Positions 27,670-41,810 of a DNA stretch of 64,000 bases are shown piece after piece. The first letter of the stretch is position 1. Every line of letters begins with the position of its first letter. The DNA is from Octopus sinensis (Eukaryota). The stretch lies in the NCBI RefSeq assembly GCF_006345805.1, contig NW_021837039.1:25837-89836 (forward strand), written 5' to 3'. A program made the position numbers and the translations under genes. The notes under the pieces were generated by a model, which was given only the letters and a program-made list of their open reading frames with translations, did no database searches and was not told the origin of the DNA.

Positions 27670-30600
27670 ATGCTTAAATTAGGTTGTGTGAACATGGGTG
27701 GTGGAGGTACCGCGGTGCTTTTTCGAAAGAGTCTAAATGTAAAAGTAAGAGCAATATTCCTAGACCCGGAGGGTAGGCTGGTTGTCTTGGACGTGGATGG
27801 CAGAAATCGGTGTGCATTCCGTCTGATGACAGTTTATGCACCGTCCTTAACGGGTCGGGCGGATTTCTTCAGACGGCTAGAGGTTTCCTGGTACGTCTAG
27901 ACCTTTACTGTTAGTAGGGGATTGGAACGCTACCTTGGACGCATCTAGATTATGTGGGAAGGGATAGGAATAGAAGGGGGTGTAAGAGCCTCAAAGACCT
28001 GCTCAGACGTTTCCATTGTCTGACAGGTTCCGACTCGACCATCCGAACGTGCCAACGTGGACTTGGACAAACCGCGTCGGATCGTCGAGATCTTATCTAG
28101 ATAGAATTCTATGCAGGACAGCGGATAGGGATAGTGTAGGATGTCCACAATTTAAAATAGTCAGCTACACAAATCACAAATTTATGACGTGTTCGCTCAA
28201 CTTAGATAAAACACATAGGCAGGATCCCGGTTACTGGAAACTGAACACGTCGCTCTTAGCGCGACAGGTTTACAGGAACCGGATTAGCGAATTAATTAAG
28301 AGGGCACTGACGGGAGCCGTCGTTAACAACCGCTGGTGGTACGCCCTGAAAATGGCAATAAAATCGGAATCAATTAGGTTTAGCAAAGAATTAGTGATAG
28401 ATCGAAATAGAGTAGAGGGAGACCTGGTTACGAAACTAGAAGAGGCACTCACCACTGGCGGCGCAACCAACGTGCTAGATGCGAGGATGGCCCTCAACCA
28501 ACACCTCAACGCCAAGCACGAAGGTTGCGTCGTCATAGCTAAAATGCGTGCCTTAAGGAACGAAGGGATCGAAGCTGCGCGAAGGGCCCGGGTAGCGGAA
28601 GTGCAGCGTGGCAACAGAGCCACCATTCGGTCTCTAATAGATCAACAGGGATGCAGTTTACTCGAACCCGAAAAGATGTGTGAGGCCTTTCAATAGCACT
28701 TTGCTCGACTGTTTGGTGCCAGTGGTGGGTCGGAACGCGGGATGGATTTTAGTGCCTACCTGACCGACCTGCCACAGCTCTCGGCAAGAGAAGCGAAGTG
28801 TTGTGAAAGTCCCATCACAGTCGTTGACGTGCGGGAGGCGATGGCGGGCTGCGCGAGGGATAAGTCGCTGGATTGATGGTTTATCCTACGAGCTGTATTG
28901 TCAAATGCCAGACTCGTTTGGCGAGCAGATTTCTTTCGACGTCTAGAGTCTTTCATGGGAACGCCTCGTCCTTTACTTTTAGTGGGGGATTGGAATGCCA
29001 CCCTGGACATGGCATCTAGACTACGTGGGCAGAGATAGCAATAGAAGGGGATGCAAATGCCTCAAAGACCTGCTCAGACGTTTCCAACTGTCTGACAGGT
29101 ACCGACTGGACCACCCGAATGTGCCAATGTGGACATGGAGTAACCGCATCGGGTCGTCCAGATCATACTTAGATAGAGTATTCTGTAGGACAATAGATAA
29201 AAATAGTGTAGGTTGTCCACAATTTCATATAGTCAGTTACACAGATCACAAGTTTGTGACTTGTACACTTGACTTAGATAAGACACATAGGCAGGGTCCT
29301 GGTTACTGGAAACTGAACGCGTCTTTTACAGCACGACAGGTTTACAGGGACCGGATCAGCACATTAGTTAAGAGAGATTTGACGGGTACCATCATCATCA
29401 ACAGATGGTAGTATACCCTAAAAAAAAAGCAATTAAAGCAGAATCAGTCAGATACAGTAAAGCCCTATCTTTAGACCGAAATAGAATAGAGGGAGAATTA
29501 GTTAAGGTTTTAGAAGGGGCACTTAGAACTGGCATCGCGTCCAACGTGCTGGCGGCGAGATTGGCCCTCGACCAACACCTCAACGCCAAACACGAATGAT
29601 GCGTTGTCAGAGCTAGGATGCGTGCTCTGAGGAACGAAGGAGTTGGAGCCGCCCAAGAGGCACGAGTGGTGGAGACGCAACGAGGCAACAGAGCAACCAT
29701 CATGGGGCGCGAATTGCTCGAGCCTAAAAGGATGTGTGGGGCTTTTCAAGAACACTTCACCCAACTGTTTGGGACAAGTGGTGGGTCAGAACGCACAGTG
29801 GACTTTAGTGCCTACCTGCATGCCTTGTCACGACTCTCAGCAAGAGAGGTGGAGTCTTGTGAAAGCCTATCACAGCTGCGGACGTACAGGATGAGATGGA
29901 GGCTGCGCGAGAGACAAGTCACCAGGCTTGGATGTCTGCCCTACCAACGTTATTTGTCATATGCCAGACTTGTTTGGAGGCGTCTTGGCAGCTGTCTACT
30001 GCAACTGGCAGCAAAACGGGAGTATTCCTGCTTTTGTAAAGCGAGGAGCAGTGCACTGATTAAGAAAGACCCAAACAAGGGGACGTCATAGATCATTTCA
30101 GGCCCATCACTCTGCTCAACGCAGATTTGAAATTTGGCCAGGTGTTAGCCGAGGTTGCGCTTGTCATCAAGAACTATCGACAAGGCGCAAACATGCGCCG
30201 TGCCGGGTAGAAGTATTCATGACAACCTCCATCTGATGCGCTACATCATAGACAGGGTAGTTAGAATCCTGGCATGGGTGGGGCGCTGATCAATTGGATC
30301 AATCAAAAGCTTTCGATAGGGTAGACCATCACTACTTGGAGGCTGTCCTCAAAGCGGCTGGTTTCGGTCCAGTTTTCCGCGGTTGGATCGCTGCCTTATA
30401 CAGCGTCATCCGCTCAGTAGTTCGCGTAAATGGTCATCTATCCAGACCTTTTAACATCATGCGTTCGGTTCGTCAGGGATGCCCTCTCTCATCGCTGCTG
30501 TATGTATTGACTCTTGAGCCACTACTGCGGAAACTGGCGACGCTGAGGGGCATCCCACGAGAGCTGGGATGCGGGAGGAGCGTGTCTGCATACGCGGATG

Positions 30601-31401
30601 ACGCAACCGTCATAGTGTCGAGCTACCAGCACATCGAGCTGGTCGGCGAGACACTAAAAGAATACGAAGCGGTAACGGGAGCAAAAATTAACCGGGAAAA
30701 GTCAATGGGCTTGCGGCTCGGCACCTGGAGAAGCAGGCCCATGCCGTCCAACTGCGTCTCCATCGTGGGACGCTGGACGGACGGACCGGTTAAATTGCTC
30801 GGGGTCTGGTTCGGTCCGGACCTCCAAATGGAGAAGAACTGGGGCGAGATAACGACTAGGGTGGCTACTCTCACCCAGAAATGGGCTGAGAGAAAGCTAT
30901 CCCTAAAAGGTCGGGCGGAGGTGGCGAACGCGTACATCGCATCCGTCATCGAGTATCGTCTGACCGTCGTGCCTTGTCCCGATCCTACCATCACCAAACT
31001 GGAACGTATACTCTTCCGCTTCCTGTGGAAGGGAAACGTTCCGATGGTTAGGCGATCCATTTGGTGTCAACACCCGCTAAATGGAGAGCTGGGCATGGCG
31101 TGGTTGATGACATGCGCTGAGACTGCGACATCTCCGGCGCTTCATAGACGACGGTGAACAGGTGTGGTCGCCTTTTGTGCGGTGCGCTTTCCCGCAGCTC
31201 GTCTCCTTGGGCGAACTACAGTCATGGATCAAGCAGAGACCGAGTCTAGGCGAATGGCACCGCGAGTGTCGTGTTGCTCTCAAGCATCTCTGCCGTCCGG
31301 GATCGAACTTGTGCGACTCCACCACAACAAAGGCATTCTATATATATGTTGCAAAGATGGTGCGTGCGAGTGACGAAACCATTTTGAGCATGACCCTGTA
31401 A
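27670..31401 (+). pseudogene. Tx1 copy E ORF2 segments (APE twice, RT once), disrupted
   Basis: MLKLGCVN; SRSYLDRI and SRSYLDRV (two APE C-terminal copies at about 28085 and 29160); DQSKAFDRV, QGCPLS, AYADD. Confidence 0.88.
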
Positions 31402-31700
31402 ATCGTAAAAAAGAAAGAGAGAGAGCATTTTGCTCTCATGTGGTTATTTCCTCCCTGACTGAGGTTCCCGTGGTCTTTTTTGTAGGCTTTTCTTCCCATG
31501 GATGAACCCAATCTTGTTTTATCAATGTTTTTATCAATGTTTCTGTGATACACGATTTCTCCCCCCCCCCTTTTTTTCCTCTCGATCCCTTTTGATCGCA
31601 ATCTTACATTTATATCCTTTTTTCCACCATCGAAAAGAAAAGCTCTACATTTGTATTTGTCCCCTCTGTATTCAGCCCTGTGTGGCTAATAAAAGAAAGT

Positions 31701-31734
31701 TATCTATCTATCTATTTATCTCACTACCTATGTT

Positions 31735-31811
<77 letters not shown>

Positions 31812-31820
31812 TTATCCAAT
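31701..31820 (+). repeat. (TATC)n at the 3' end of Tx1 copy E
   Basis: Direct reading. Confidence 0.97.
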
Positions 31821-32543
31821 ATGTTTGTGCGTGTGTGTGCGAGTGTACACCTCTATATCTGTCTGTCTGTTAGGTTATATGTCTATGTGTCTATCCCTCC
31901 TTCTTTGCAGCTTTATGCACACCCGCCTACATACACACACGCACGCACGCACACACACACACATACACACATACACGCACACATACACACACACATTCAT
32001 CTGAAAGCCACTTTTCCCTTCTTCCTTTTACATTTCAGGCGTGAAACCAATAACACCTTTCTGAAAATTGTCACACACACAGCCACACACACACACACGC
32101 ATACTCACACACATGCATACACACACGCACACACACACACGCACACATACACACACGCACGCACACGTGCATGCACACACAGATACAGACATACACACAC
32201 GCAGACGCACACACAGAGACACGCACGCACACGCACCCATACACAAATACTCATACATAATATACATTTCAACTCAGACATACGTGGGCGGTTGCAAATG
32301 TTTATGTCTGTGCAACACATATGTAACACTGCTCATGATATATACAAGTGGTCACCGACAAAATAACAGAATCAAACATAATGACCAACAAAATTGGAGG
32401 GAAAAATTCGATAGCAGATGCTGCTAACTGGAACGAGCGCTGTAGGGAATGGTCAGTTTGTAAAGATTCTAAACAATTTTTAAAAATCTTGTAAGTGGCA
32501 CTAGTGATAAGACAAAGCAAATTTTTTTAGGCAGAAAGGTATA

Positions 32544-32911
32544 TATTTCTTTACTACCCACAAGGGGCTAAACATAGAGGGGAGAAACAAGGACAGACAA
32601 AGGAATTGAGTTGATTTCATCGAACCCAGTGCGTAACTGGTACTTAATTTATTGACCCCGAAAGGATGAAAGGCACAGTCGACGTCGGCGGAATTTGAAC
32701 TCAGAACGCAGCGGCAGACGTAATACCTATTTCTTTACTACCGACAAAGGGCTAAACCTAGAGGGGACAAATAAGGACTGACAAAGGAATTGAGTTGATT
32801 ATATCGACTCCAGCGCGTAACTCGGCGGAATTTGAACTCGGAACGTAATGACAGACGAAATACGGCTACGCATTTCGCCCAGCGTGCTAACGGTTCTGCC
32901 AACTCGCCGCC
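32544..32911 (-). mobile_element. SINE family 1 head-to-tail dimer with a perfect 19-bp TSD
   Basis: TTTTAGGCAGAAAGGTATA at 32525-32543 and 32912-32930; internal junction GAAATAG|GTATT at 32727/32726. Confidence 0.93.
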
Positions 32912-34599
32912 TTTTAGGCAGAAAGGTATAATAGTTTGTGACATACAGTCGAGACAGATGTGTATGTATTAGTCGTTGGTTAGCGTATTAAGGATAATTA
33001 CAAGGTGGACTATGCGAATGCGCGGTGTTTATTTATAACCGAGAATGAGGAAGTGCCTCGGCTAAATATGACGACAAATGTAAGGAACGTTAGAGTTCCC
33101 GTTTCTTCACGGCAATAAATTTATTCGGCTGTTTTATTATTTGCAGTACGTATAAATAGCTGTCAGAAAACCTCTTAATTTTTTTACACAGACTTAGAGG
33201 ACAGTATACACTGAAGTAAACTGAATAAATTCACATGAAAGACTAGACATAATTTTAAACAGTCTCATACACCATTAATCATTGTCACATTCACATACGT
33301 ACACAAATATAACTAAAGGTACTCTCGGTCTTGTGCGCAATGATCTGTGCACACATACTCACACGTGCACATGGGCACACTCACACACACACACACTCAC
33401 ATACACACATAGCCACATACATACACACACACACTCACAGACACATTCCGATACATATACATACAGACGAATACGCATAGAATATCAATCATGCTATAGC
33501 TCATACGCAGGCTGAAAAGCTAATCGCTTTCGTTTGACTAAACAGTCCAACTCTGAAAAACTGGAAAGTTGAAAGCTGAAAGCTAAGAATTTAACTGTTT
33601 TTAACTGAGTAAACAGACTAAATTAGACATAAAATAAATCCCAGCTGATATGCTGAGTATTTGAAAGTAGACTGTGGTAATATAAGAGTATGTAAGCAAA
33701 AGTAATATCGCAAACAAGTATGGCAATTGAACGAAGAGAAAACTACTTAGGATGTCATTTTGTAAATGCTTATCGACTTTACCATTTGCATTTTTTTTTT
33801 AATATGAGATCCGGGGAAGATGGCGGTGCATTCATATGTTCTGTGGAATCACTAGTTGAAAGTAAAACTAACAGCGGTTTCGCGATGGTTTGATCATATA
33901 AAGGATTATTGGTATTTCTATTACTGTATTAGCCAGACTGAATATATTTTCGAAAAAGAAAGGAGAATATATATTCGATTGAACCACTGCGATTTATAAC
34001 TGGTATTTGTTTTATCTGTTTAAGAGTGTTGAAATGTTAAATCAATCAAGCGAAATGTGATGTGAACCACATTATGATACGGTATATTTTCTTGATATCC
34101 TTTTACTTGTCTAACTCATTGGACTGCGACCATTTTGGGGAACAGACTTCAAAGATTTAGTTATCAAATCAATCCGGTACTAATTTATTTACTGTAAATG
34201 TTTGGTTCTGATACTCTCTGAAAATTTTTGCTCAAATGCAAAGTTACATGGATTGTAAAAATAGAACACTGGTTGTCAAGCGGAGACGGTAAAACACAAC
34301 CAGTCATGCGCACAGATACACTCATACACAGCGGGATTCCGAACAGTACCAAATTTCAATTTGATAAAAACAACGTATATTAACTGGAAATTAAAGATAT
34401 CAATGAATTTACACCCAGGCAAGTCATCAAGTGCTATCAGCGGAGAAAGTTCGATTGAGAAACAGCTTAGTATTTCAGTATTGATCGTCACACAGAGGTT
34501 GTGTAGAGAACGGTATAGTTAGGTGAAGAAGAAAACAGGGTGGCTGCAGAAATTGTGTGAGAGAAGGGGGGGTGAAAGAGTGAGGGGAGACAAGGAGAG

Positions 34600-34630
<31 letters not shown>

Positions 34631-34639
34631 AAGGGAGAA

Positions 34640-35500
34640 GAGAGAGAGCGAGCAAAGTTGGCAGTTAAAAATATCATTAAACATTGATGTGCAACTGAGA
34701 GAAGGATTGCAGATTCTAAGGACGTGTTGTTCATATAGTTGCGTAAGAACAGAACTGAAAAATTGTAGTTAAGACCGAAGATTTGCAAGAAAGAAGCCAA
34801 TTATTTCAAATGTTCATAAGACCAAAATGTTTAACTGGACTAAAGAGTTTTGCAACGTGGAGGTCAAGTTTTGGTCGTTAATAGCCTAGTGCGACGAAAG
34901 CAGATGCTGCCACATTTCTGGTTAAAGATAAATATCTGTGTGCTGGAACACAAGTGAAACATAGGAGGTGGATTGTTGCTTGCTTGCAAAGAGTAACGAA
35001 ACAAGGAAGGGATGGATTATTACATTAGTGTAAGGAAAGAAGATAAGCTAGCCATAGCTAATGCTGGTTGAAAATCATTTAAGCGGCCCGAAATATTGCC
35101 AAAGACTTGCAAAAAAGGTCTGTTCCAAATCATGGAACTTATATGATAATGAATTATTTCCTCAAGAAGACGAAGTTTTATGACGTATAAGCATGGAAAC
35201 AAAACTTGGATCAAATCTTTGAAATGGGTGGCTCATCCGATATTAATCCAATAATATACACCTGGGAAAATCTTGATATAAGATTAGGTACTTGATCATT
35301 GAACATTGAATTACTTACACTGATGAAAGAAGCATTCGCTGTTGAGAGGATAAACATGGAATAATCTGTCATTGATAATTTAATCATGTCTACGTCTAAT
35401 TGGGTTAAAGCCGTGATGTTAGCAAAAGGTGGGCCTTCTAGTTACCGAGGTAAATATTTGGCTAATTTTTCACGAAGTTAAATTGAGGTAGTGTTATACG
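34640..35500 (+). mobile_element. Highly decayed Tc1-like transposase remnant
   Basis: Remnants of WTKEF..VKFW and TQVKHRRW, followed by SSDINPIIYTWENL..IDNLIMS..VKAVMLAKGGPSSY (Tc1 C-terminal AV..AKGG.T.Y motif). Confidence 0.65.
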
Positions 35501-35926
35501 TATTATGCTGATTGTAAAGTTATTACAGTTCACTGTAAACAAACACACACACACGCACACACACAGAGGCAAACTCACGGTCACCATTAAGATGGAACTC
35601 TAAGGGAAAACAGTCTTTGTACGGCATGAATAGATCGCTGAACGACCACGGTTCATTAGTTGGTCACAAGTTCAGCCCCTAGTTAGAGCTGCTGTTATTA
35701 ATTTGCAGCCAAGAAGACTGTGAAGCAACACTAATGAAATCCCTTATTCGAGTAGTCATTTGATCATTGAACTCTGTGATTCGAAACCACCCCAAATACA
35801 AGGTCACATATCCAGCATCAATTAAACAATTAGTGCACATGTTTTTGAACGAGAATACTTTCCAGTCGTCTTCAGGTGCAAAGTATTTTGATGCTTATTT
35901 TTCAGCTGAGATTACTTAAACTTGTA

Positions 35927-36330
35927 ATGTTGGTTTCAAATTTCGGTTCAAGGCGGCAATTTCGGAGGATCTCAGCGCTCTTTCGGTCGTCGTTGTTTCT
36001 TCGGCGGCGGTGAGCGGGCGCTCGCGTCGCGCCGTCGGTGGGCCGGTTTGACGTCGGGGTGTCGCGCGCGTTTGCGACGATGAAAAACCGCTACTTCCGT
36101 AGTTTCCTCGCTCACTCGATGGAGAAAGGATCGGGCCGTCGCCGAGTGGTGGTTCAGTTTCGGAGGATCTCAGCGCTCAAGTAGAACTTATCTTATTAAC
36201 CACGAAAGGATGAAAAACAAGGTTGACCTTGGCGTAATTCAAACTCAAAACGTAAGGAATTCAACTCAAATCGGAATTCAAACTCAAAACGTAAGGACGA
36301 ACGAAATGCCTGTAAGCATTCTACCAACTC
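35927..36330 (-). mobile_element. Decayed SINE related to family 1 (same core, different 3' tail), interrupted by a GC-rich insert
   Basis: CGAAAGGATGAAAAACAAGGTTGACCTTGGCGTAATTCAAACTC matches the reverse complement of the family 1 core; tail GTTGGTTTCAAATTT. Confidence 0.65.
35981..36157. other. 177-bp GC-rich (~64% by hand count), CpG-dense insert flanked by a perfect 21-bp direct repeat
   Basis: TTTCGGAGGATCTCAGCGCTC at 35960-35980 and 36158-36178. Confidence 0.85.
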
Positions 36331-36357
36331 TGTGCTTTAACTAAATGAGTAATCTTT

Positions 36358-36629
36358 ATGCTGAGACCCCCTTCGGTCATGAAGGTTGTTTATGGAAGCC
36401 CAGCAGTTACCTATGCATACGGACCTCCCCTCTCCACGCCGCCTGTGCTATCCAAGGGAAAGGCAAAGGCCGATACAGCTTGGCACCTGTGATGTCGCAA
36501 CTCATATCTACAGCTGAGTGACCTGGAGCAACGTAAAATAAAGTGTCTTGCTCAAGAACACACACGCAACCCGATCCGGGATTCGAACTCACGACCTCAC
36601 GATCGCAAGTTCGACGCTCTAACCACTGA
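36358..36629 (-). mobile_element. tRNA-headed SINE with a CORE-like central domain (family 2)
   Basis: Minus strand TCAGTGGTTAGAGCG (A box)...GTGAGTTCGAATCCCGG (B box)...TTCTTGAGCAAGACACTTTATTTTACGTTGCTCCAG. Confidence 0.8.
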
Positions 36630-37601
36630 AACAATATTAATGCCAAAATATAATATATATATCTACCAATTAAAGAGTATGTTCTGTTTGAACATAGGAT
36701 ACTGCATTATTTATCATGAACGATTCTCTCATATGGACTTATGGTGAATAATAACAAACCTTTATATCACGCTGACAGGCGATAGTCGCTAGCTACGGCC
36801 ACCGGGACTGCCTGATCATGTGACTTCGCCCTTCATTGTGTGTATGTGTGTGAATGGCTGACGTTAAGGTAGACAGAGCAGCTGATATAAGGAATCTCAG
36901 TGTCTATTCAGTCCCTGGTGTCGCAAATAACCATTGAGCTTATTAAAACAATTAATTAATCGAGACAGAGGCAGTAATAATACCAAAATAAAATATTTAT
37001 TTTCCACTTAAAAGTGGATGTTGTGTTCGAACACAAAATACTAGGTTATTTATCTCGAGAGAACCTCTCATTTGGAAAACACTTGTGCTTATATCGCTTT
37101 CGGTGATAAAAGTTCGATACGTCTGTCAGAATAGCCATCTCACTTGCTACCCTTCTTGTTTATATTCGCATACTACATGATGAATTTATTCGTAAAATTC
37201 TTCCCGGCATGCCCGTGTAAATTTTGCGTCTGCGCAGAGATTTGAAAAGTTAAGATCTGCTAGTAGTCGGGTTTAACACATAGTCCCACATCGCTGCAGA
37301 CCTCGATTAAATTCAGGCGACTCGCTGATGAAGCTGGCCTTAGCAAACATATTCTGTGTTTTGCTAGAAAGAAGCAGAAACCGCGGTACGAGTTGTTAAA
37401 GTTATCGGTAAACGTTTTTGATTTTCACTCTCGATAAATTCATCCCCTTTTGTGTTCCCAGCACTCGGCATCTTTATTTAGGAGCCCTTAATTGTATAAC
37501 TACATGAATAATATTTTTCTATATGAATAATATTTTTGTCTTATGACTAATTCGTCTTTTGTGCTGAGCACCTGGTAGTAAATAATATTACTACCCTTCT
37601 T

Positions 37602-37651
<50 letters not shown>

Positions 37652-40600
37652 CTGGGCGTAGGTCCGTTAATCCGTTATTCGTTAATTAATGATGTTAATA
37701 TTTTCGTCAACGATTTAGATTTTAAGTTAACTTTGAAAATGATTATCGGACTAATTGACTTCTTTTACATTTAGCTTCCGTTAACTCAAGTCCGTTAACC
37801 ACCAAATTTCATAAAAACCAGTAAACATTTAAAAGTTTCTATTGTTTTCATAGCATACTTAATACTGTACGCGTCATTCTTTCAACCCCGATATATTATT
37901 ATAAACAACTTGTAGGTCCTCGTTTGGCCATGCCTGGATTTGATACCAAATCTACCCGTTTGTTGCTTGCAAAGTCAGCGGAAACTTTCTTTGTCCTGTC
38001 AAGATGGAACAATGATTGATGTGTTTCCACATGCTCAGTGACCTTGCTGAAGTGGATGTGAACAGAGAATATATTGACCTCCATATAGTGGAAAAAATAA
38101 ATGGCATGCTACAAAAAGCAGCACGTTCATGCGGGATTTCGATGTCACGTTTGCTGAAAGCATGCAAAATAACCTGGAAAAAAAATACCTGCAAAATAAA
38201 ACCATCTTGGTAGGAAACTTCGAGGTCCCCCACCATCCCTCCCACCTTTTTTCCGGAAAAAGTGGATTGTGGCGGGTTTGGAGGTCAGATATGTTGAATG
38301 CACACCCCACAAAAAAAAAAAAGAAACTGTTAAAAATAATTCCATACCGAAGTACGAAATATTTATCGAAAGAATAAAACCTTGTACTGATTATATCTCT
38401 ATTTTAATTCATTCAAAATAAGGTACTGCATCTTTGAAACAGGTAAGATGAATTAAGAATTTCAATTTTAGTGTTTACATAATGCCATTGCTTTTAAACC
38501 TGTTAATTAAATTTACCTGTCCATAGAAGTCAAATTTTCTCAGCAAGATCAGCTAAAATTACATAACTATAAACAAGAGGTATATAAAGCACCCACTGAC
38601 AAAATTTCAAATCTGTTTGTAAAAAAATTATAAAGTTACAAGTAAATATTGTGTACATCCCACTTGAACCTGAATAATTAAAAATAACGTGAATAAGCAT
38701 TACATTTGACAGATTAATATGAACACTAAAATGTTTTAAGCATTTTTTCTTACACGCACACATAGCACGGCCTCGGTCGATTGAAACTAGTCGAGTGTTA
38801 TTTTGAGATCATCAATCTATTAAAATTTGTTTATGGGGAGAAAAATATTGAAAAATATCAATAGATGTGTGAGTGAAAAAGAAACAAGAAGGAGGTTTTG
38901 GGATGTGCTAGAAATAACAGCGAGATACCCCGTAAATCGCACATTTTCCTCTGAAATTATTAACAATTAAAAAAAAAAACGAATATGTTTCACTGACGGG
39001 TTTTAAGTGCGTAGTGACCAAAAAAGGCGAAAATCATTTCAGACTGGGATGATGAGGGAGGTGTATATAAAGGAATACAAAAAACGGTACAAGAACGCAA
39101 AACATCTAGACAGATGAGACAAAAATGGAACAACAAAACATCCAGAGGATGCAAAAAAGGGACAAGAAAAGACAGAGACGGGTCATTCGGAGTTTTCTTT
39201 CCTCAGTCGAGTTCCAGATTATCCAGATTATACTCTAGCTAGCTCCAGTCTGGCCACCCCAAGGAAAAACTAAGTTAAGAGCACTAGATTCCTTGGAAGA
39301 AAGCAACGAATGTATACGAAAAAAAACCCGGAGAAATGTTACACAAATACAAATGCAAATATCAGGACATTAACAACAGGTGTCTTTCGACGAAGGACGA
39401 ATTAAATTAAGCTGGCGTGTGTGGAAGTGAAGCCTTACGGCAGGGACATGGGATTTGACAGGTACAGGGAGGAATATAGAAGTTGCACGGATGCTAGTCG
39501 AACCAAGAAAGAAAGAAAGGTCATATTTATGTAACATATAAAGTATACCTGCATGCACAAACACACCCACACACACAAGGTCACATATATAGATAAATAT
39601 AAAAAAGTGATATAAAGATACACATATATATATATATATATATGAGAGAGAGCGAGAGGAAAAGAGAGGGAGAATAGATGTAAAGGTTGTAATCTACATA
39701 GAAATAAATTTTACGAAGCAAAAACACGATCTTATATAGAAGTCGACACGCCAGACTGGAGAAAGATCGAAAGGGTGTGAAAGACAGAGTGAGTAAGAGA
39801 GAGGGAGAGAGAGAATATGGGAGGTTCAAAAAGAAACTTTTAATGGAAGGAAAAGAACATTCAAGTTGTTTCGTATACCTTATATTTAGTAATTTCATTC
39901 AAATTTACAAAATTTTAATTTGTACAGAAATGACGCAAATGAAGAAAGAAAAAAAAAAAATTCGAATTCATACGGATGCCTGCATCTGGTTCAGAAGCTG
40001 GTATCCGAACGATAAGAAATGTAGTTTTTTCTCACTTGTTCTTGCTTTAGATATTGTGAATCTATGTTTGGAGAGTAAGAGGCTGGTGGAAGAGGAGAGT
40101 TAGTGAAAGGAGGATGTAGATAAGTGATGTGGTGGAAGATTGTTAACTTCACAAGAAATGTCGTTCGGAGAGACGCGTTCATCTGTTCATGACACAGTGC
40201 GGCACTCACACACACACACACACATATACTCATACACTGACAGGCACAGACACAGACACAGACACACACACACACACACTTACAAACACACACACACACA
40301 TATACTCATACACTGACAGGCACACACGCAGTCACAGACACACACACACACATAAACACACACACACATATACTCATACACTGACAGGCACACACACACA
40401 TGCACAAACACACAGACACACACACTTATACACATAAGCGCCCGTGCGCATAATACACGCAGCCAGGCAATGACTAAACCAAAATCATGGCAGATGATGA
40501 CAAAAGAAAACAGTATTTATGTATGTATGTGTGTGTGTTCGTGTGTGTATGTGTATTTGTATATATATATGTGTGTGTTTATGTGTGTTTGTAGATAGAT

Positions 40601-41810
40601 AGGCGTGTGTTCACCTCTCTATCTATATATATGCATGCATGCATGTATGTGTGTCGGTATGTACGTGTGTATGTATTTATGCATGTACTTTTTTTATGTA
40701 TATGTGTGTGTGTATGTTTGTATGTACGCATGCTATTCTTTGAGATTCATTTAAGTTCTTCCTGATGTTCAAACCGGTTGCTAATAAAGTGACAAAACTT
40801 TTTTGTGTTACGACATTTCCCGGTGGTTGAGTTAGTGAGTGCGTAGATATACTTGAATACACCTGCACCAATGTCCTCTGTGAACAAAACCATTTTCGTA
40901 CTCAGGTTTTTTGTGCGCGCGTGCATACGTGTGTATGTGTGTATATGTGTGTGTGTATGTGTGTATGTTTGTGGGGGTGCATTCGCGCGTGCATCATTAC
41001 TTTTCGCACCCGTAATTTTTGTATGCATACAACCAAGTGTGAGGTTATATCAAATTAAAGAATTCTACCCTAATAGATTAGATTTGGGGGATGCACGCCA
41101 GACTCATTGCTCTTTCTTAGAAAATCCCATGGTTTTAGTGCAAATATGTAGATATATAGCCTAATGCACCTATAATGCTTGGTAGACATGTAATTTATAG
41201 CCAGTGCACAAAAGCTATTCGTTCCGCTTTAGCTCAATATAAATGTTCTCTAAACTTTTGGTAGTGTGTTCACATCCAATGGGCAGCTGTCCTCAATAAC
41301 GTTCTATGCTTTCTATATTTTGTTATACAAACATAACCTATACATCAGGTCTATTGTGTTTGCACCGGTTTACACATTTATTTTTCTACTGGAATAATTC
41401 CCCAGTATTCGTTGTTTTTAAAGGAGTATATATACATCTTGGTTGATATATCTTTGATGTACCCACAAGGGCCATCCTATGTATGCATACATGTAAGTAT
41501 GAATGAGTGCATGTATGTGCCCGTGTTTGTGTAGATAAAGACATGTATGTGTGTGCATATATTATTTGCACATGTATATTTGTATATATATATATATATA
41601 TATATGAAGATATACAAACGTATTCAAGCCAAATATAAATTCTTTGGGAATTTGCTCAACCTGCTAGAAATAATAGACAAATCTCCTTCAATGTTACGCG
41701 CTACTATCTTGAAAGTGGTAGGACACATTGAATAAAAAGAAGACAAAGACTTTATGTGTCTAGCTTGAAGACATTTAGATCCATAGATGTGCTTGATTAT
41801 GTGCTTGATA

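Noticed and set aside
36780-36920. E-box, CRE half-site and TATA/Inr-like cluster as a promoter
   Set aside because: These are short motifs expected by chance, with no downstream exon structure seen.
37880-39000. Possible piggyBac-like or hAT remnant (FHMLSDLAEV; HHPSHL; subterminal CCGTTAA repeats near 37670-37800)
   Set aside because: The motifs are too degenerate, and no termini or catalytic residues could be placed.
39190-39230. CTGAGGA...GAAT (minus) and CTGAAGA...GAAT at about 59900 as hammerheads
   Set aside because: GAAT replaces GAAA and the stems do not close convincingly.
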